DNA of 64,000 nt from Eledone cirrhosa (Eukaryota), in assembly GCA_964016885.1 (NCBI GenBank), contig OZ024740.1:253828001-253892000 (forward strand), given 5' to 3'. Shown here in pieces: positions 26,167-38,471 of the stretch (position 1 is the stretch's first letter; each line of letters starts with the position of its first letter). Below the pieces are notes generated by a model. That model saw only the letters and a program-made list of their open reading frames with translations. It did no database searches and was not told the origin of the DNA. Both the position numbers and the translations under genes were made by a program.

Positions 26167-27066
26167 GCATATATATATATATATATATGTATGGCCACCC
26201 CCCCCTCTCTCTCTCTCTATATATATATATATATGATAGGAATTCACTTCGCCAAATTTCATTGCTTGCTGTCTCTACCCCACGATATTCATGTAAAGTA
26301 ATGTACAGATTTCATTTCTCTTCCTCCACAAATCCTAATTCTAGCGTATTTTAATTCTAATTCTAGCGTCATATTTCGTATCAAGTCCAAATAGCCAATC
26401 TATCGCTAAAACAAACTACATTTTTTGTTTTTATTAATTGTTAAATACGAAAATGTCACTGGACCGAGACCTTTGGCGGTACTCAGTAACAGAGAAGACC
26501 CGCCTTGCCAGTAGGCATCTCTAACAAAATACACCCCGTCCCACCACCACCACCCCCACCCCATCCACACCACCCCGTCCTATGTAAAGTTATGTTGGTG
26601 CCGCGCCATCCGGGCCGAAACAAATGAGATCGTGTAGGTGTCACGACAAAAAAACACACAGTCCACGCTGTAATGTGGCCGTGTAGGCAACACGGTAAAA
26701 ACCTCCCAGACCCACACTGTAAATGTGGTTGGTGTTAGGAAGGGCATCCAACTGTAGAAAACCTGCCAGACAGTCCTATGCGAGCAAGACAATCACTCTT
26801 GCCTCAAGTGGGACTACCCCCGTCCAAACCCATGCAAGCGTGGAACACGGACGTTAAACGTTGATGATGATGATGATGATGATGATGAAAGTTTTTGGTC
26901 GTATTGAACAGAACAAATTTTGTATTTTTGTTAATCGCTTGTTAAATGCAAGGACCCCATTCAATCATTACCTTCTATCTAGCTACCCAACACCCCTCCC
27001 GCCCACCCCCACGCACCACCATTGCTATTACGTGGACCAATCATAAAACAGAGCCCCCACGCATCA
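25184..27066. repeat. Fold-back inverted duplication centred in a (TA)n tract at about 25906
   Basis: 25361-25625 mirrors 26190-26452 and the microsatellite variants are mirrored too. The right arm resumes at 26887-27066, mirroring 25184-25364. Confidence 0.9.
26453..26886 (+). mobile_element. RTE family A 3' tail inserted in the right arm of the palindrome
   Basis: Family A 3' UTR plus (ATG)n, flanked by a GAAA duplication at 26449-26452 and 26887-26890. Confidence 0.88.
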
Positions 27067-27094
27067 TTATATATTCATATATATATATATATAC

Positions 27095-27126
<32 letters not shown>

Positions 27127-27156
27127 TCATATATATATACATATATATATATATTC

Positions 27157-27221
<65 letters not shown>

Positions 27222-27245
27222 TTCATATATATATATATATATATA

Positions 27246-27279
<34 letters not shown>

Positions 27280-27300
27280 TATATATATGAATATATATAT

Positions 27301-29025
27301 ATTCCGACAGAGGGACCAGCTATTGAGATTGACGAATATAGGGTCCAAGAGGCGATTAGGGAAATGAAAAATGGTAAGGCGGCCGGACCATCGGGAATAG
27401 TTGCTGAGATGCTGAAGGCATCAGGGGACGTAGGCACTAAACTGGTTGCACGCATAATCAATCAGGCTATATATGGTTGTGTCATACCCAAAGACTGGTG
27501 CAGCAGTATTCTCATAAATTGCTACAAAGGTAAAGGGGATGCTTTGGAGAGGAGCAATTATAGGGGTATAAAACTGATAGATCAGGTTATGAAAGTGGCA
27601 GAAAGGATTTTAGCACAACTAATTAGAGAAAGGGTCAAACTAGATGAGATGCAGTTTGGTTTTGTGCCTGGGAAGAGTACAACAGATGCCCTCTTCTTGG
27701 TGAGACAAATGCAAGAGAGGTTCTTAGAGAAGAATAAGCCACTATACTTAGCCTTTGTTGACCTAGAGAAGGCCTTTGATAGGGTACCTCGATCTGTCAT
27801 CTGGTGGTCCCTAAGGAAGCTGGGTGTTGAGGAATGGCTTGTAAGGACAGTGCAAACTTTGTACAGAGGTACTCTCAGTAAAGTCAGGGTAGGAATGGAG
27901 TTTAGTGAGGAATTCCAGATACAAGTAGGAGTACATCAGGGTTCGGTCCTCAGCCCGCTCTTGTTCATTATAGTCCTCCAAGCCATAACAGAGGAGTTTA
28001 AGACTGGCTGTCCATGGGAACTTCTCTATGCTGACGATCTGGCTCTTATGGCAGAATCAGTAGAGGAGCTAGAGAATAAATTCCGGCTATGGAAACAGCA
28101 GTTGGAAGCAAGAGGACTGAGAGTAAATCTAGCTAAGACAAAAGTGTTGATGAGTAGAAAAGAGGACAAAACCCTGATTCCGTCAGGGAAATGGCCATGT
28201 TCGATATGCAGAAAAGGAACTGGCATAAATTCTATAAAATGCACACAATGCAGGTCCTGGGTACACAAGAGATGTAGCGGGATAGCAGGCAAACTAACAG
28301 GTAGGGAGAAATATGTATGCAGTAGATGTACAGGGAAATTAGACAGTAGAAGTCGCACTGATAGACACATTTTTCAAATGCGAGAGGGCGCTATAGAAGT
28401 GGTGGATAGCTTCCGGTACCTAGGAGATCAGATTAGCATGGGAGGAGGGTGTTCCGAGGCCATAGTATCTAGAATAAGGACGGGTTGGAAGAAGTTTAGG
28501 GAGCTGCTTCATCTGTTGACGAAGAAGGGTTTCTCCCTGTGTACGAAAGGCCGGTTGTATGATGCCTGTGTGAGGAGCGCGATGCTGCATGGTAGTGAGA
28601 CATGGGCAGCAACCGCAGAAGATATGCGACGGCTGGAGAGAAATGAGGCAAGCATGCTCCGTTGGATGTGCAGTGTAAATGTGCGTGAACGACCCAGCAT
28701 AAATGTGTTGAGAGAGAAACTGTGTCTGAGAGGGATAGAATGTAGTGTACGGGAGAGGAGACTGAGGTGGTATGGACATGTGATGCGCATGGAGGATGAC
28801 CGATGGGTGAAGAAGTGCCAGGAAATGCCAGTTGAAGGAAGACGTGGTAGAGGTAGACCACGAAAAACATGGGCGGAGGTGGTGAGAACAGACCTCAGAT
28901 CATTGAAGCTCACGGTGGAGATGACGAGGGACCGTGACGAGTGGAGAGATGCTGTGCTGAATAAGACCCGTCCCACCCTTGCAAGCAGGGAAAAGCGGAC
29001 GTAAAATCATGATGATGATGATGAT
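27301..29025 (+). mobile_element. RTE-clade LINE family C, 5'-truncated
   Basis: RT ORF to 29004 (LLYADD, PHD-like finger, ends LASREKRT). Almost no 3' UTR, then an (ATG)n tail. Confidence 0.93.
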
Positions 29026-29230
29026 GTATATATATATATATATGTATATATAAATATATGTATATATAAATATATGTATATATAAATATATGTATATATA
29101 TATATATGTATAGATATATATATATGTGTCTATATATGTATATATATATATATGTGTCTATATATGTATATATATATATATGTGTTTATATATGTATATA
29201 TATATATATATGTATATATATGTATATATG

Positions 29231-29268
<38 letters not shown>

Positions 29269-29280
29269 TGTATATATATG

Positions 29281-29351
<71 letters not shown>

Positions 29352-29364
29352 GTATATATATATG

Positions 29365-29443
<79 letters not shown>

Positions 29444-29446
29444 ATA

Positions 29447-29479
<33 letters not shown>

Positions 29480-29672
29480 CTGAGTGAGTTTCTTGGTCAG
29501 TGTTCAAGTCTCAGACCCATACAGCAGCACAGACTCCACTAAAGCTATGAAGAGGCGGATTTTCAGGTCTCTACGAAGGTCCGACTTCCACACCGATCTC
29601 AAGCTGTGGCACGCCGCCCAGGCCTTGCTCTTCCTCTCAACCACATCATCTTCCGTATTCCCAATCTCTCTA
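29480..29672 (-). mobile_element. Internal fragment of another RTE-like LINE
   Basis: Minus-strand translation [43 protein letters not shown]. Confidence 0.8.
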
Positions 29673-29678
29673 CATATT

Positions 29679-29736
29679 ATACTATGATCATTTCAATGAC
29701 CGGGTTCCATATGAATGCTGTGATGTCATCAGGTAT
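29679..29736 (-). ncRNA. Type I minimal hammerhead-like motif
   Basis: ATAC-CTGATGA-(decayed stem II)-GAAA-TGATCA (palindrome)-TA-GTAT. Confidence 0.65.
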
Positions 29737-29896
29737 TGGAATATAACAAAGGAATATGTAAAAAGCCATGGATCCAAGAAACCAGAGACAGAAAAGGCGG
29801 CTGACCAACTAGCTTCACAGCCAGCCGCCCTCAAACTTTGAGGGCGGCTGGTTTTTCAGACCCATGGCTTTTTACATATTCCTTTGTTATATTCCA

Positions 29897-29954
29897 AGAC
29901 CTGATGATATCACCGGATTCATAAGGAACCCGGTCATTGAAGTGATCATAGTAT
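29897..29954 (+). ncRNA. Type I minimal hammerhead-like motif, mutated (GAAG)
   Basis: AGAC-CTGATGA-tatcACCGG...CCGGTcatt-GAAG-TGATCA-TA-GTAT. Confidence 0.55.
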
Positions 29955-30092
29955 AATAAACCTTTCAAGGATTTACACCAGTCCAGCATCCTGTTACTTC
30001 ATTTATATATATATATGTATATATATATATATGTATATATATATATGTATATATATATGTATATGTATATGTATATATATATATATGTATAT

Positions 30093-30502
30093 TCGGGAGA
30101 GATGACCCCTTAGCCTTTGTCAAGGCAGAATCTAGGAGAAGGAAAACTCTGATATAACACCTGCAACTCTGATGGTATCCAATGATGTTGACTTGTTCTT
30201 CTTTTTGGTAAATATCATCTTGGTTAAGAGAGTGGGACTGGCTTTGTGCAGTGCCTTTGCTCACTATAAAATCTTCACGGCACAGGCATTGCTTTATATC
30301 TGGAGATCTCTCTGCACTTGTCGTCACATGGTACCATGGGCCCAGCACTATGTGTCAATAATTGTCACAAGTGTAGTGTTTGTACCAGAGTTTTCAAGTC
30401 GCTGGCTGGACTAAAAAGTCACACTTGTTCAGCGCATCGGTAGGGGTTCTCCTACATGGATATAAAGTAGTGGCCGTACTCGAAAACGAGTTGGCAGCCA
30501 CC

Positions 30503-30503
<1 letters not shown>
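30093..30503 (+). mobile_element. Non-autonomous RTE-derived element, 5'-truncated copy
   Basis: Highly similar to 38036-38442. Contains CTAGGAGAAGGAAAACTCTGA and ends gagttggcagccaccat. Confidence 0.8.
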
Positions 30504-30535
<32 letters not shown>

Positions 30536-30679
30536 TGTATATTTGTATATATATATGTATATATATATGTATGTATATTTGTATATATATACATATATAT
30601 ATACAAATATACATACATACATACATATACATTGCCATATACTTACATACATACATATACATTGCCATATACTTTGCAA

Positions 30680-32285
30680 TGGTTTTCTGTATTGCATTCA
30701 GGAATTGCGAGCATGGTGTTTACATCCGATATCGAACCTCAGGCAGCATATTTAACATCAGGCGCTTTGCTGTGAAGACAAAAGTATTTACATCAATCAT
30801 AAGAGACCTCTTGTATGCAGATGATTGCGATCTTGTAGCGCACACTGAGAGTGATATGCAGCACATTTTGAATGCATTTTCTGACGCTTGCACTGCCCTA
30901 GGTCTGACTGTCAGTCTCAAGAAAACCGTCGTCATGTACCAACCTGCCCCTGGTAAGCAGTACACTGAACCAAACATCTATGTGTATGGCAAACGACTTG
31001 GAGTGGTTGATCAGTTTGTCTACCTGGGAAGCACTGTCAATCGATACAGCAACCTTGACAGTGAAATCTCACTTAGGATTAGGAAAGCAAGTGATGCTTT
31101 CGGAAAGCTAGAAAGGCGACTCTGGGGTCGGCGAGACATATGCAGGAGGACAAAGGTAAAGGTGTACAAGGCATGTGTGCTCTCTTGTCTTCTTTATGCC
31201 TGCGAGACCTGGGTCACATATCGACACCACCTTAAGCAATTGGAGCGTTTCCATCAGATGTGTCTCAGACGGATCCATGGCGTTCACTGGAGGGACCACA
31301 TCAGTGATGTCGAGATTTTGGAAAGCTCTATGTGTGACAGTATAGAAGCTCTTGTGCTTAAGCAACGACTCCGTTGGAGTGGTCACCTTGCCAGGATGAA
31401 GGATTCTAGAATACCAAAACAATTCTTTTATGGAGAGTTGGTTAAAGGAAAACGACTGCCACATAAACCAAAAAAGAGGTATAAGGATTCCTTGAAAGCC
31501 TCTCTGAAAGACGCTAACATCTCTGCTGATACATGGGAGAATATTGCTGCTGATCGTAATAAATGGAGAAAGACTGTATATGAGGGAAAAGTTGCCTTTG
31601 AGGCATCTCGAATCGCATACGAGAAAGTAAAGCGGGATGTGAGGAAGGGCATTGCTGTTGCACTTCCAGACGGCGAGGGTCCTCCTATGGTGCTGACATG
31701 CAGCGTATGTGCGAGACTCTGCCTAAGCAAAGCTGGACTCGAAAGTCATCTTCGCAGTCATAAAGTAAGACCAGTGGTTGACTACCAGGCTGCTGTTGGA
31801 GATGCTACTCATCATGCTTGCCAAACATGTGGTAGAGAATGTAAATCAGCAGGAGGGCTCAAGCGACATACAAAAGTACACAAACTCCAACCACAGCCGA
31901 CTATTCCCAGTGAATGTTTTGGTTGCCGACTCTGTGCAAGACATTTTAGATCATTGGCTGGGCTAAAAAGCCACATTCGATCGCAGCGCTGTTAGTTGCT
32001 ATCGTGTGTGTGTGTGTGTGTGTGTGTAGATATGCTTATGCGTGTGTGTGTGTGTGTATATGTATATGTATATTATTATTGTTGTTGTCGTTATTATTAT
32101 TGTTGTTATTGTTATTATTATTATTATTATTGTTATTAATGTATGTGTGTGTATATGTATATATATATATATATACTATTTTTTTTAAATTTTTATTTTC
32201 TTTTTATTTATTTATTATTATTATTTTTTTTTTTTCTTTCTCCTCGTGCAATGGCCATACTCTATAACGAGGGGGCAGCCATCAT
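30680..32285 (+). mobile_element. RTE/BovB-like LINE, 5'-truncated, with C-terminal C2H2 fingers
   Basis: IRYRTSG, DLLYADD, FVYLGS, LLYACETW, LRWSGH. Fingers CSVC..H..H, CQTC..H..H and CRLC..H. 3' end ggccatactc..gagggggcagccatcat. Confidence 0.9.
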
Positions 32286-32335
32286 GTATATTTGTATATA
32301 TATATGTATGTATATATATATGTATGTATATATAT

Positions 32336-34352
32336 GTTCTTCTGGTTTTATAATTTCACAAATTTTTCCCAATAGAGAGAGAGTCGGTTTCTAACATAGA
32401 CACAAGACTCTCTCATTGGAATTTACACATCAACTAGGTAGATATGTATGTATGCATGCATGTGTAGATATGGATGTTATTGTATGTGTGGATGTGTATG
32501 TTTTGAGTTGTATGTGTGCATGTGTATATGCTTTGTATTTGTACATGTGTATATGCAGTTATTAGATGCAAAATTTTTGGAATGTTTTACATATTTTTAC
32601 TGTTCCATTAATGGATTGTACTTGTAGTTTCCTAACTAGTTGTGTTCTTTCTGTTCCTGTGAAGCCTAGCTTCTCAAGATTTGTATTAAGGCAGTTACTA
32701 ACATATCCCAGTGCCCCAATAATCACAGGCATAAATCTGAAGGTGTAATCAGTGTGGAGTATCTGCAGATTTCTCATCAGTTCTGCATAAATATTCTCCT
32801 TTTCACTAATCTTTGATATTATATTGGCATCTGCTGGGCAGCTAATTTCCACTACTGTGCATGTTTTCTTCTCCCTGTCCCATATAATATCTGGTCTGTT
32901 ATGCCTACATTTTATTGGGGTTTTTACTGGAACATTCCACTAGTCTCTTTCATATTATGTACATGGATGTCTTCCACATTGTTGTAGCTTTTAATGTGTT
33001 TATTATCGGGGCTATCTTTTTACGAACTGCTTTGTACAGTGTTTTGGCCACTACATCATGCCTCATAGGTAGATAGTACCGCGATGACATCTTTGGACAG
33101 TTGCTTATGACATGGGTGCTATCCTCGATGTTAGTTCTGCAGAGCCTGCACTTGTTATCACATCTAGGTGTTTTGCCTGCATCCCTATCTCTTTTGTGAA
33201 TCAGGTATTTTGTGCTAATCTCCTGTTCTTGGATTGCAAAAGCATATCCTTCAAAGTGGGAGCCAATATAGCAGTTGTTGGTCCAAGATAGACTACTTTT
33301 CTTATCTATATTACTCTCACTCTGGAGCTTCCTGGCAACATATCCATGCATGATTTTTTGCTGATAGGCATGCAGTTTTTCATCGATGGATTCACTGCAA
33401 TACTGCTGAGCGACATCCCTGGGTGTGAGTTTTTGATTATCACACAGGGAATATCTCTCAAGGAGTTCCTTCCCAACTCTCATGATCTTATCTGTTTCAT
33501 GCAGATAGACTTGCTCGAGAAGCGGGCTCCTACGCTTCGAGGTTCGTAGATGTTGTCGGAGAGATATGATGCGACATTCAAATGTTGTCTGGACTGATGT
33601 TAGGCCTCTGCCTCCCTGCTTACGTTTCAAGTAAAGGCGGTCTATGTCACTGTTGATGTGGAAGTTTCCTGTGTTGTTCAGTATTTTTCGAGTTCCAACA
33701 TCAACTGCTCGGATTTCGTCTATTGTCCAATTGAGTATTCCAAACGTTGGTGTTAGGACAGGCACAGCAAACACATTGTGAGCCACTGTTTTGTTTTGCG
33801 CAGAGAGTTCTGATGACCAGATCTTTCTTAATCGGGTGTAGTATTCCCTGGTTACGCGTTCTTTATTACAGATACCATTATAGGATATGTTCTCATCTAT
33901 CCCCAGCTATCTGTAGCAGTCCTCATCAGATATTGGTGAAACAGTTAGACCATTGATGACAATGTTGTTAGATTGGGTTGTTGTTTTTCCCCGCTTTACA
34001 GTCATGTATGAGCATTTATCTTGGCCAAACTCCATTCCTTTATCCTTTGAGAACGTTGTAACCAGGTCAAGATTTTTTTTCATCCCATCCATGTTCTTGG
34101 CATAGAGTTTCAGATCATCCAGAAAGAAATTAAGGGTTAGGTTCATATTTCTCTCCTCCTGTGAGCCAATTATGTATCCCTCACATTTCTTGAGCAGAAA
34201 GGACAAGGGGTTTAATGACAAGATGAACAATATCACAGAGAGACTGTCCCCCTGAAATATGCCCCTGCAATATTTTATTTTATCATTGAAAATAGAGTTC
34301 TCCCTCTCTGTCTTTAACCTTAGGGTAGTAGCCCAAGAAGAAGACAGCCTCT
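32336..34352 (-). mobile_element. R4/Dong-like non-LTR element with restriction-like endonuclease, 5'-truncated and decayed
   Basis: IFQGDSLS, FLDDLKLY, RLYLKRKQGGRGL, CRLC...H...C knuckle, RHD, NRPDI...VEISCP...EK...Y, PVIIGALG. Confidence 0.88.
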
Positions 34353-34437
34353 CTATATATGTATATATATATATATATGTATGTATATATATATATATAT
34401 ATGTATGTATATATATATATGTATATATATATATGTA

Positions 34438-34890
34438 TCACGATAAATTAACGGAGGCATAGGCCGTCGTTATTCCCTGTAAATAATGTGCTCAAAGGGG
34501 AAGAGATCCTGAGCCCTTTAAAATATAATATGTTGAGAAGGTAACACACCAGAGAGAGATATATAGTGCGCTATCAATAATACAGGGAAAAAACCACCAG
34601 TGTATGGAATCTATAACCTATGAAAGGCAGACTATAGACACGATAATTAAAAATATAAATTAAAGCGTAAATAAATACCTCTATAACTATATAACACACG
34701 TACAAATCCAAAGATATGTTTCACCAGAAAATTTGTTGAAAGAAATGGTCTAGTCTCGGTTCATCAGCGTGTGTAAGGCCATACATTTCAGACAACACTA
34801 AGAGAATTTTACAATTGACTGTCCAGCTACACGTGGGAGAGAGAAGTCACAGCGTGTTTAAGGGCAGTGAACCATAAAGGGAAGATGGAC
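34438..34890 (-). mobile_element. Non-coding hammerhead-bearing segment (putative pLTR or retrozyme-like)
   Basis: No ORF. Contains the hammerhead at 34694-34774 and its left end abuts (TA)n. Boundaries approximate. Confidence 0.5.
34694..34774 (-). ncRNA. Type I hammerhead ribozyme, full three-stem form
   Basis: ACACACG-CTGATGA-ACC...GGT-GAAA-CATATC-tttg-GATTTG-TA-CGTGTGT. 7-bp stem I, GUA cleavage triplet. Confidence 0.85.
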
Positions 34891-37595
34891 ATTGTTTAGT
34901 GTACCGAACTTGCATGCTACACCGTTCATCCAATTTTCATGAAACCTCACACATATATAAAACTCAACGCATAGAGTGGAATAGGCTACTTGAAATTTTT
35001 GAAAAATCGATAATCGGGCCCTATGACAGAATGTTTTTCGATTCCAATGAAATTTTATGTGAATTCGAACACAAGAACTCTTAGTTTACATCTGGCGCAA
35101 TAAAAATAAATTTCATATGCCCATATAAGGACGTGCGTTATTGATTGGACGGCCAGCTGCATGTCTTCCCAGCTGTCTCAGTAAACGACCGACCATTAAA
35201 GAGTTTATCTTTTTATATTCCACCTTATTCAAGTGGAAATACAGTATTATCCCTATCTGAAAAGGGAACCAAATTTAATGGTGTCTTTTGTGAACCTAAA
35301 AGCTGTGAGTAAATTTTCAAACAGTCTTAAATAATCATGCTTTTTGAAAAAAAAATTACTAAATAACATGTTGACCAAGTTGTATTGTACACATACAATA
35401 CAAGTAAAAAAATTTACCAAATTTACCAATGTTTTCCTTTTTTAAACAAAAGATTCTAAAAAATTACTTAATTTATAATACAGTCTTTTGCACAGGAAGT
35501 GAGTAACTTTTCGGGTGTTTAAACATAAGTTCACCAGGGTTTGTGTCTTCATTATTGGTGGTCAGGGTCATTGTGGCTTTTTACTGGGCTTTCTCCACAA
35601 ATGTCCCTCCGAAGTCTCCCCCCTATTGGGGAATTTTTCATTGTTATTTTTTTGTTACGTCCTCTGTTTTTGTTTTTTACACGCAGAAATGCCCATTTGT
35701 ACCGTCCTGCATTGTCCTGCACTGTCCTTAATGTCTACTTTATGTAAACCCTTGTGGTTAATAAAGAAATCATTATTAGCCCACCTCTAATGGCATTTTT
35801 TGTTCTGCTTACGACTAAATGTTATGAGCGTATTTGCAATTAATTGCGCACACGTGCACACCTGCATGCAGATAGACACTGACAGCCAATAAAAAATCGA
35901 TAACTTGCTTATTAAGATATCGGTCAAAAAGAGAGATTGAATGTACTTTAGAACATTTTTTGAATATATTGTTCTTTTTGGCATGATATGTCAGAAATAT
36001 AGCTACTATACACTTTGGTTATTTTTTGTAACTAAAAAAACGGTTCCTTTTGGGTGGATACTTAACGAGAAAAATCCTAGGGTTTTGGACAAGTTTGTTT
36101 CAGGCGCTGTATAGACTCCTATTTTGTCACACCTTGGTCATGAATTCGTATTCTTTTCCAATAGATATTTTCCGCTCTATAAGGCTCACCAGGATATAAG
36201 GCGTATTATTTAAAATCAGGTCCGCGCAACGGCGTGTAAGGCCAACCAGGAAAATGCTATCTTCTTTATTTTTAGTCTAGATCTATTACTTCTGTTAGAG
36301 CCGTGATTGATTACCATTGTATTATTTATACATAAGGCTCACTGGAGTATAAAGCGCAGAGCTGTTTTTTGATTAAATTTAATTATTTTAAGTGCAATTT
36401 ATAGACGAGAAAATTTGGTAAGTTATTGTAATCATATTTCCAAACCTTCCCATTCACCAGTAACCATGCTAACGAATCTGGTGTCATCTCTCTCAGTATT
36501 TAATCACCTCTCTCTAACCTAACAGCTTCGTTACACGTCGTTATGCCCACACGGAAACGTTCAAGACTTACCTCCAAAAAAGGTACAGCTATTGCTTTGA
36601 GACAAACAATTAGGCGTTCTCAGGTATGAGTTCATTCACAATTGATAAATCCTTTATGCAATATTCTCCCTTAATGTTAACAAGTACAGCGTTTATCCTA
36701 ACTGTCACCACTTTTAAGCAACTACAACATTCTAATCGTAGTTATATTAAATTTATTGTCTTACCTTGATTCCCTTTTGTTCATGTTAGACTTTTCTCAT
36801 TTTCTATTGACACTGCCATTGGCTTAGCTAACCAGTAGAATTAATTAATTTTCTCTAGGAAACACCTGCTGAGCGCGAATCTCGACTCGCTGATAGACGT
36901 CTTTCTCGGCTGGTTGAGTCACCAACATCACGTACGACAAGGCTTGCTGATGTTCGCCTTCGTCGCCAACAAGCGCTGACGGAGGAATCACCAACATCCC
37001 GTCAGACGAGGCTTGAGGCTGTGGCAAACCCTAGATACAATTTTGATCAACTTTTTTTCGCCTATAGCAAATTTACCGGGACAGGTTTTTAGCTACTCAA
37101 ATCTACTTCAGAGATCATGCATTGATGTAAAAAATCAATAAAACTGAAGCGGAGCTCGACTTTGTGCAAAAAAACAAGGCAAAGTTACACATGGGAAAAC
37201 TTTTTACAGGAACGTCCTATATTCTTGAAAACTGTCACAAAAGACTCGCCATTATGCTGCGGTTAAGATAAAGGCCCTTTTAATTCTTCTTCTGCACATG
37301 TGAGCGCAAAAATTGTAAAAAAAAAAACAATGAAAGTAATCGACATTTTCACCCTGCTTTAAATTAACTGAACATTCAATATCAAGCGATTTTGACTTCC
37401 GTCAGTCGTGCAGAGAACAATTTCAACGATACACTGTGTAACTACAATTAATAAATTACACACCTGTGTCTACTAACCTATTTTTTTCCATTGAAGTTCG
37501 AAGTTTTGAACCTGTGATGCGCGGGAAGTAACTTTCACACATTCTAACAGACCAAAGGTCGACTTACACCCGGGCAACGCCGGGTACTTCTGCTA

Positions 37596-37596
<1 letters not shown>
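34890..37596 (+). mobile_element. Non-autonomous Helitron-like element (3' end firm, 5' end uncertain)
   Basis: Hairpin CCCGGGCAACGCCGGG at 37569-37584, CTAG at 37593-37596, then T(A)n. Confidence 0.6.
36161..36420. mobile_element. Decayed Tc1/mariner (pogo/Tc2-like) MITE
   Basis: Ends atattttccgctctataaggctcacc and ttatagacgagaaaatttggta are imperfect TIRs. Internal repeat ataaggctcac. Confidence 0.5.
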
Positions 37597-37671
<75 letters not shown>

Positions 37672-37698
37672 ATGATGATGTATATATATATTTATATA

Positions 37699-37757
<59 letters not shown>

Positions 37758-37761
<4 letters not shown>

Positions 37762-37795
37762 GTTATATAGTAAGGTGTATTATTGGTTGTGTAAA
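37758..37795 (-). repeat. 38-bp orphan copy of the terminus of the element at 42263
   Basis: agttgttatatagtaaggtgtattattggttgtgtaaa is identical to 42263-42300 and has (TA)n on both sides. Confidence 0.85.
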
Positions 37796-37837
37796 TATAT
37801 ATATGTATGTATATATATATGTATATATATATATTAT

Positions 37838-38442
37838 GTCAGGTCATCAGATGGTGCTACTGGTAACATGTATGCCAGTACAACCTGTCTCATGGTCGGG
37901 TCGTTGGCGACTAAACTGGCAACCCCACCAAGGTTTCTTGGTGAGGAGGGTGACTTTGGACATCCTGCAGGTCTTAAAACAAAACCTGTCAAAGGGCAAA
38001 GGAGCTCTTAAGAGTCAATGGCCATCCAAAATCACTGGGAGAGATGACCCCTTAGCCTTTGTCAAGGCAGAATTCTAGGAGAAGGAAAACTCTGATATAA
38101 CAATGCAACCCTGATGGTATCCAATGATGTTGACTTGTTCTTCTTTTTGGTAAATATCATCTTGGTTAAGAGAGTGGGACTGGCTTTGTGCAGTGCCTTT
38201 CCTCACTATAAAAGCTTCACGGCACAGGCATTGCTTTATATCTGGAGATCTCTCTGCACTTGTTATCACATGGTACCATGGGCCCAGCACTATGTGTCAG
38301 TAATTGTCACAAGTGTAGTGTTTGTACCAGAGTTTTCAAGTCGCTGGCTGGACTAAAAAGTCACACTCGTTCAGCGCATCGGTAGGAGTTCTACATGGAT
38401 ATAAAGTAGTGTCTGTACTCGAAAACGAGTTGGCAGCCACCA
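37838..38442 (+). mobile_element. Non-autonomous bipartite RTE-derived element, apparently full length
   Basis: 5' HDV-like fold, RTE 5' motif CTAGGAGAAGGAAAACTCTGA, and a 3' end like that of the LINE ending at 32285. (TA)n on both sides. Confidence 0.75.
37842..37921 (+). ncRNA. HDV-like self-cleaving ribozyme candidate
   Basis: P1 GGTCAT/ATGGTC, P2 TGCCAGT/ACTGGCA (perfect), CC...GG P1.1, P4 TCG-ttgg-CGA, J4/2 CTAA. P3 is weak. Confidence 0.55.
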
Positions 38443-38471
38443 TATATATATGTATGTATATATATATATAT

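Larger units (their letters stand above)
29677..30003. mobile_element. Head-to-head pair of short PLE-like 3' ends, each with a hammerhead-like motif
   Basis: Imperfect inverted repeat 29677-29785 versus about 29848-29956. Perfect 15-bp hairpin at 29821-29851. AATAAA after the right motif. Confidence 0.7.

Noticed and set aside
35500-36112. Possible decayed Tc1-like transposase N-terminus and TIR on the minus strand
   Set aside because: The similarity is weak and no matching second TIR or DDE motif was found.
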